The notes under the pieces are model-generated. The model was not told where the DNA came from. It saw nothing but the letters and a program-made list of their open reading frames with translations, and searched no databases. A stretch of 11,624 nucleotides of DNA, taken from contig JBFWOZ010000069.1 in NCBI GenBank assembly GCA_050250255.1, positions 1 to 11,624 on the forward strand, given 5' to 3'. Shown here one piece after another: positions 7,353-11,624 of the stretch (position 1 is the first letter of the stretch; every line of letters begins with the position of its first letter). The stretch comes from Bdellovibrionales bacterium. GTDB lineage: Bacteria; Bdellovibrionota; Bdellovibrionia; Bdellovibrionales; DASUEL01. A program made the translations under genes and the position numbers.

Positions 7353-8070
7353 TGTGGAAAAGGCTCTTTTTAAATGTGAAAACATCAGCGTCCACTACGG
7401 CGCGATCCGTGGAATCAGCGATATTTCTTTTTCCGTGAATAAAGGAGAGATTGTCACCCTCATCGGCTCTAACGGTGCGGGTAAGTCGACCACTCTTCGC
7501 GCGATCTCGGGACTTGTAAAGTTAAGCAGAGGGCAAATCTCTTATCAAAACGAATTAATTTCGAATTTGCCAGCTCATGAAATTGTGAAGCGTCGTCTCT
7601 GTCAGGTACCTGAGGGTCGCGGAATTTTCTTAAACTTGAGCGTAGAAGAGAATTTAGATCTCGGTGCATGGACCATGAAGGATCACTCTACGTACGATGC
7701 GGATCTCGAGCATGTGTTCCAATTGTTCCCTCGTCTCAAAGAACGTCGTAAGCAAAATTCCGGAACTCTGTCGGGTGGAGAGTTGCAGATGCTCGCCATC
7801 GGCCGCGCACTCATGGCCCATCCTGAGTTTTTACTCCTTGATGAACCAAGTCTTGGGCTTGCACCGCAAGTGATTGAGAAAATTTTTGAAATCATTAAAA
7901 CCATCAATAAAGAAGGCACGACGGTTCTCCTCGTAGAACAAAATGCGCTTCAAGCTTTGCAGATCGCGCATTACGGAATCGTTTTGGAATCAGGATCCAT
8001 CAAAACTCAAGGGCCTGCCAAAGATCTCCTCGCTTCCGACGAAGTTCGCAAAGCCTACCTCGGCGTCTAA
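7339..8070 (+). CDS. livF: Branched-chain amino acid ABC transporter ATP-binding protein LivF
   Basis: GSNGAGKST, VPEGRGIF, FPRLKERR, LSGGELQMLAIGRAL, LLDEPSLGLAP, VEQN and VRKAYLG. The ATG at 7339 is preferred over 7333 because AAGGAG (7326-7331) is spaced 7 nt from it. Confidence 0.97.
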   Translation: MSNRDVEKALFKCENISVHYGAIRGISDISFSVNKGEIVTLIGSNGAGKSTTLRAISGLVKLSRGQISYQNELISNLPAHEIVKRRLCQVPEGRGIFLNLSVEENLDLGAWTMKDHSTYDADLEHVFQLFPRLKERRKQNSGTLSGGELQMLAIGRALMAHPEFLLLDEPSLGLAPQVIEKIFEIIKTINKEGTTVLLVEQNALQALQIAHYGIVLESGSIKTQGPAKDLLASDEVRKAYLGV

Positions 8071-8096
8071 CTATTTCTGAGAATTTTCATCTCATA

Positions 8097-8630
8097 CTAC
8101 TTTAATTTTTTTGTTGCGAATTTTTTGATTGCTCGAAGGGTTTTGTAGACCCAATCAAATTCAGCGTTTTCAACAACCTCCAAATATAAACTTGGTATCG
8201 CATCGGGCGTATTGGTAAGGTGTAAAATCCCATATTCTAAAAGCGTTGCTAGGGCTTCATTTTCGTCAGCGACGATGTGATAGAACTCGTGAATCAAAAC
8301 TTGAATTTGTGCGCCATCACTGAATGTGTAAAAAACAGGGCATACGTTAATGAAAGGTTTGTTCACATAGGCAAGCGCTCTCTGACTACAAACAGCATCA
8401 ATAGGGTCTTTCAGTTCGAGGGGAACGGTTGCTCCTACATCGAGTATTTTCTGCATGTTAGTTTTTAAAAAATCGAAAGCCTTCGGATCTATTTTTAAAG
8501 TCTTTGGGCTTTGTTTTTCAAGGATTTGGGAGGCCTGACGGATTTTTTCAAAAGTCAGTTTGTAATCCGTCTGCTGGGCTTGGGCCGTCAGAGAGCTGAA
8601 TAAAAGAAATCCTAAAAGCAAATTTTTCAT
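8097..8630 (-). CDS. Secreted small zincin-like metallopeptidase (HExxH), hypothetical
   Basis: Sec signal peptide MKNLLLGFLLFSSLTAQA; CSQRALAYV...INVCPVFY...LIHEFYH (HEFYH codons at 8277-8291), followed by ENEALATLLE. Confidence 0.7.
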   Translation of the reverse strand: MKNLLLGFLLFSSLTAQAQQTDYKLTFEKIRQASQILEKQSPKTLKIDPKAFDFLKTNMQKILDVGATVPLELKDPIDAVCSQRALAYVNKPFINVCPVFYTFSDGAQIQVLIHEFYHIVADENEALATLLEYGILHLTNTPDAIPSLYLEVVENAEFDWVYKTLRAIKKFATKKLK

Positions 8631-8636
8631 GTGGCG

Positions 8637-8664
8637 ATCATAAGTGGCTGCTTCAAAATTTCAA
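8637..8664 (-). promoter_or_regulatory. Putative sigma70 promoter giving a leaderless transcript of the peptidase gene
   Basis: Minus strand reads TTGAAA (8659-8664)-N16-TATGAT (8637-8642)-CGCCAC-ATG, with no SD-like sequence before the ATG. Confidence 0.55.
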
Positions 8665-8724
8665 AGGGAATAAGGCCGCTAAGAAAAGGCTACAAGTCAT
8701 GTGTGATGATTAAACAGTCCATGT

Positions 8725-9666
8725 CTATTTCTGGATTTGAAGTAAGACCGAATACAGCGCTTTGAGAAGATCAGGATCAAAGCGCGCCGTTAATTTTTCG
8801 TTCATCATATTCACGGCATCAGTAGGGCTCATAGGATTATTATACGAACGCTTTGTGGTCAAAGCGTCGTAACAATCGGTGATCGCCACAATCTTCGCCA
8901 TAGGATGAATTTCACTTCCCGAAAGAGACTGTGGATAGCCATTACCAGCTTCATTTTCATGGTGCTCAAACACGCAAGCCTTCATGTTGTCGGTGGCTTC
9001 GGCGTAATCATTTAAAATTTGTAAGCCAAAGAGCGGATGATTTTTCATCTGCGCCCACTCGACGTCATCAAGAGGGCCTTTCTTACAAATAATGTCCGCA
9101 CTCACGTGCCGCTTACCGATATCGTGGAAGAGAGATCCACGCCCCAACTCCATAAGCTCAGCAGGAGTTGTGTAACCCGCAGCGCCGCCTAAAGCTAAAG
9201 AGTAAACACATACATCAAGTGAGTGGTTGTAAGTGTAGAAATCATGGCTTGAAAGACCGATGAGGTTGGAGAGACCATCAGGCTCTTGCTCCATGAATTG
9301 CACAAAGTTGTTGATCACATCTTTGGATTGATCAAGCGCTTGGTAGACATCAGGATTTTCAAAAAGTTCTTCGACAAGAGAGTAGGAGCTTTCTCTTAAG
9401 ATCAAAGCCTTTTCCTTTGCGGGGAGGCTACTGTCGGTGAGCTGTCTGTGGACATACTTTTTGAACTCAATACGATCTTGTTCTTTGATATAGAAGACTT
9501 CAGAGTTGCTGCGGCTGAGCTTTGATAATTTTTCGTCGTCGAGGCTATCGCCGGCACGTAAATAGAGGACGTACTTTCCATTAATCAAGACGTGGAGGTC
9601 GAAGGTCGTCGGACGTTTTGGATGAAGGCTTTGAATACGAATTTTGAGAAACTTCTCTTCGCTCAT
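8725..9666 (-). CDS. HD-GYP domain cyclic dinucleotide phosphodiesterase (RxxN variant)
   Basis: Metal-binding and family motifs HDFYTYNHS, LFHDIGK, EHHENEAGNGYP and AITDCYDALTTKRSYN are intact. Start placed at ATG 9666 (MSEEKF, AAGGA upstream) because the 9756 start would overlap the recG start. Confidence 0.93.
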   Translation of the reverse strand: MSEEKFLKIRIQSLHPKRPTTFDLHVLINGKYVLYLRAGDSLDDEKLSKLSRSNSEVFYIKEQDRIEFKKYVHRQLTDSSLPAKEKALILRESSYSLVEELFENPDVYQALDQSKDVINNFVQFMEQEPDGLSNLIGLSSHDFYTYNHSLDVCVYSLALGGAAGYTTPAELMELGRGSLFHDIGKRHVSADIICKKGPLDDVEWAQMKNHPLFGLQILNDYAEATDNMKACVFEHHENEAGNGYPQSLSGSEIHPMAKIVAITDCYDALTTKRSYNNPMSPTDAVNMMNEKLTARFDPDLLKALYSVLLQIQK

Positions 9667-9748
9667 TTTAGACTTATTCCTTCGAGGCTGTTTCATTAGT
9701 GTGCCATGATTTGCCCCGCTGTCCAATATCGGATATGAACAATATGTG

Positions 9749-11624
9749 ATGAACAAAAAATCCCCTTATTCTCCTGCACCCGGCCCGACACTTGACACGC
9801 CTGTTCAATATTTAAAAAGTGTGGGACCTCATCGAGCTAGTCTTTTATCCCGGAAGGACATCCAAACCGTCGGGGATTTGCTGTCTTATTTTCCTCGCGC
9901 TTACGAAGATCGACGTGCGGCCCGAAACATTTCGTCGCTTCTGCCAAACGAGATTGTCAGCCTACAAGCAGAGATCGTGCGTGTGTATGCTGCAAACTTG
10001 GGGCGATCAAAAAGAAAAATGTATGATGTCGTTGTGAAAGACAGTTCTGGAAAAATTCACTGTAAATATTTTCGCGTCCCTTACAAGGGGTATTTTGAAC
10101 GTCTTGCCATCGGGAGTGCAGTTCGCGTGGTGGGGAAAGTCACGCTCTACCGTGGGCAAATGGAATTTCATCATCCTGACATTGTGTTGAGTGAAGAAGA
10201 ATCTGAAGAAAACTTAGATGCGATCGTGCCGATATATCCTGAAACGGAAGGTCTCACATCACGCACTCTTCATAAAACAGTTCAGGCCGCGCTTGAACAA
10301 GTCGCCATTCCCGAAAACCTGCCCTACACGGTAAGAAAAGACTATTACCTCATCTCTCGTGATGAGGCTTGGAGGCTTCTTCATTTCCCCAGCCAAGAAA
10401 TGTCTCCGCAACTTGCAAGCTTTCGTACCCCTGCACACAGGCGCGTGATTTTCGAAGAATTTTTTTGGTTGGAACTTCTGTTGGCCAAAAAACGTGAAGG
10501 CATAGTGAAGGCGATAGGGCCAAAAATTCATGGAGATTCTTCGGTTCTAGATAAGATCAAAAAGAGTTTACCCTTTGAATTGACCGGCGCACAGAGAAGA
10601 GTTCTAGAAGAAATTCTTCAGGATATGGGCAAAGCACACCCGATGCATCGTCTTGTACAAGGAGATGTGGGAAGTGGAAAAACAATCGTGGCCCTCATGG
10701 CAGCGACTCAAGTTGTGGTGGACGGTTATCAATGTGCATTGATGGCCCCCACGGAAATTCTCTCTGAACAACATTTCTTAAATTGCAAAAAATGGCTTGA
10801 GCCCTTGGGATTTCGAGTGGCCCAACTCACTGGGAGAATGACCCAAAAGGAGCGCTCACTCATTACGGGAGCTTTAGAAAAAGGAGCTGTTGATCTTGTG
10901 GTGGGTACCCATGCGCTCATTCAAGAGGATGTCGAATTTCATCGCTTAGGGCTTGTCATTATCGATGAGCAGCATCGTTTCGGTGTGAGCCAGAGGGGGC
11001 ACTTAAAAAATAAAGGAATAGAACCACACTTTCTGGTGATGACCGCGACACCTATTCCCCGCACGCTCGCGATGACTGTCTACGGAGATTTAGATGTTTC
11101 TGTGATTGGGGAAATGCCAAAGGGTCGTCAGCCAGTGGTGACCAAGATGGTGTATGAGTCGAAGCGTGAAAATGTTATGGGGTTTTTAAAACAAAAATTA
11201 GAAGAAGGTCATCAAGCCTACATCATCTATCCTCTCGTTGATGAAAGTGAAAAGATGGATCTGCGAGATGCGGTGAAGGCGTTTGAAGATATGAAGGCGC
11301 AGTTTCCTCAGTTCCAATTTGGCCTGCTTCATGGGCGAATGAAGTCAGAAGAAAAAGACGAAGTCATGACTCGGTTTCGAGAGGGCAAAGTCCAAGCACT
11401 CATTTCGACAACGGTGATTGAAGTGGGAGTGGATGTTCCTAACGCCACATTAATGCTCATCGAACACTCAGAGCGTTTTGGGCTTTCTCAGCTTCATCAG
11501 TTACGAGGACGTGTGGGTCGGGGAACAAAGAAAAGTTACTGCGTTTTGATGCTGGGGAATGCTCTATCGGAAGAAGCGAAAGCCCGTTGTGAAATCATGG
11601 TATCAACAACCGACGGTTTTAAGA
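9749..11624 (+). CDS. recG: ATP-dependent DNA helicase RecG (3'-truncated by the window edge)
   Basis: Absent from the ORF track because there is no stop in the window. Read manually: MNKK...PVQYLKSVGP...YFPRAYEDR, PIYPETEGL, LPFELTGAQ, RLVQGDVGSGKT (GGA at 10661), MAPTEIL, IIDEQHRFG (GAT at 10964), MTATPIPRTL, LHGRM, TTVIEVGVDVPNA, ERFGLSQLHQLRGRVGRG (CAG at 11498) and TDGF. The motifs whose coordinates were checked are in one frame. Alternative start GTG at 9746. Confidence 0.97.
   Translation, partial: MNKKSPYSPAPGPTLDTPVQYLKSVGPHRASLLSRKDIQTVGDLLSYFPRAYEDRRAARNISSLLPNEIVSLQAEIVRVYAANLGRSKRKMYDVVVKDSSGKIHCKYFRVPYKGYFERLAIGSAVRVVGKVTLYRGQMEFHHPDIVLSEEESEENLDAIVPIYPETEGLTSRTLHKTVQAALEQVAIPENLPYTVRKDYYLISRDEAWRLLHFPSQEMSPQLASFRTPAHRRVIFEEFFWLELLLAKKREGIVKAIGPKIHGDSSVLDKIKKSLPFELTGAQRRVLEEILQDMGKAHPMHRLVQGDVGSGKTIVALMAATQVVVDGYQCALMAPTEILSEQHFLNCKKWLEPLGFRVAQLTGRMTQKERSLITGALEKGAVDLVVGTHALIQEDVEFHRLGLVIIDEQHRFGVSQRGHLKNKGIEPHFLVMTATPIPRTLAMTVYGDLDVSVIGEMPKGRQPVVTKMVYESKRENVMGFLKQKLEEGHQAYIIYPLVDESEKMDLRDAVKAFEDMKAQFPQFQFGLLHGRMKSEEKDEVMTRFREGKVQALISTTVIEVGVDVPNATLMLIEHSERFGLSQLHQLRGRVGRGTKKSYCVLMLGNALSEEAKARCEIMVSTTDGFK

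Noticed and set aside
8071..8096. TGAGA/TCTCA hairpin between the convergent livF and peptidase genes as a bidirectional terminator
   Set aside because: The stem is only 5 bp with no adjacent U-tract on either strand.
9667..9718. Partial resemblance to a c-di-GMP-I/cGAMP (GEMM-I) riboswitch upstream of the HD-GYP gene: GGGGCAAA-UCAUGG..CUAAUGA..AGCCUC..GUCUAAA on the minus strand
   Set aside because: It lacks the GNRA tetraloop and the GACGCAAAG core, the 3' half would fall inside the CDS, and a plausible promoter (TTGGAC-N17-CACACT) overlaps it, so the GGCAAA is probably not transcribed. A cmscan would settle it.
9735..9756. Direct repeat ATGAACAA (9735-9742 and 9749-9756) at the recG start as a possible LexA box
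   Set aside because: The GAAC-N10-GAAC spacing does not match the GAAC-N7-GAAC or GAAC-N4-GTTC boxes, and only two short copies exist.

Overview
Core-genome-like bacterial region, probably from a Bdellovibrionota-type organism (inferred from the TPR and HD-GYP protein families and the gene order; not verified). Layout: a structured inverted-repeat element at about 32-150 with an upstream minus-strand sigma70-like promoter; a TPR protein (-) resembling the Bd2492/SgmX-type MglA partner, divergent from ruvC-ruvA-ruvB (+); a 163-bp AT-rich structured leader; a complete branched-chain amino acid-type ABC transporter operon livK/J-H-M-G-F (+); a small secreted HExxH metallopeptidase-like gene (-); an HD-GYP phosphodiesterase (-) carrying an RxxN variant motif, divergent from recG (+). 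recG runs off the window end and is absent from the ORF track. No mobile element, CRISPR array, tRNA or rRNA was seen. The most interesting signals are a three-way-junction RNA leader whose closing helix buries the livK Shine-Dalgarno sequence, a ~120-nt hairpin element at the left edge, and a candidate 3',3'-cGAMP-selective phosphodiesterase. All RNA structures were paired by eye, not computed.
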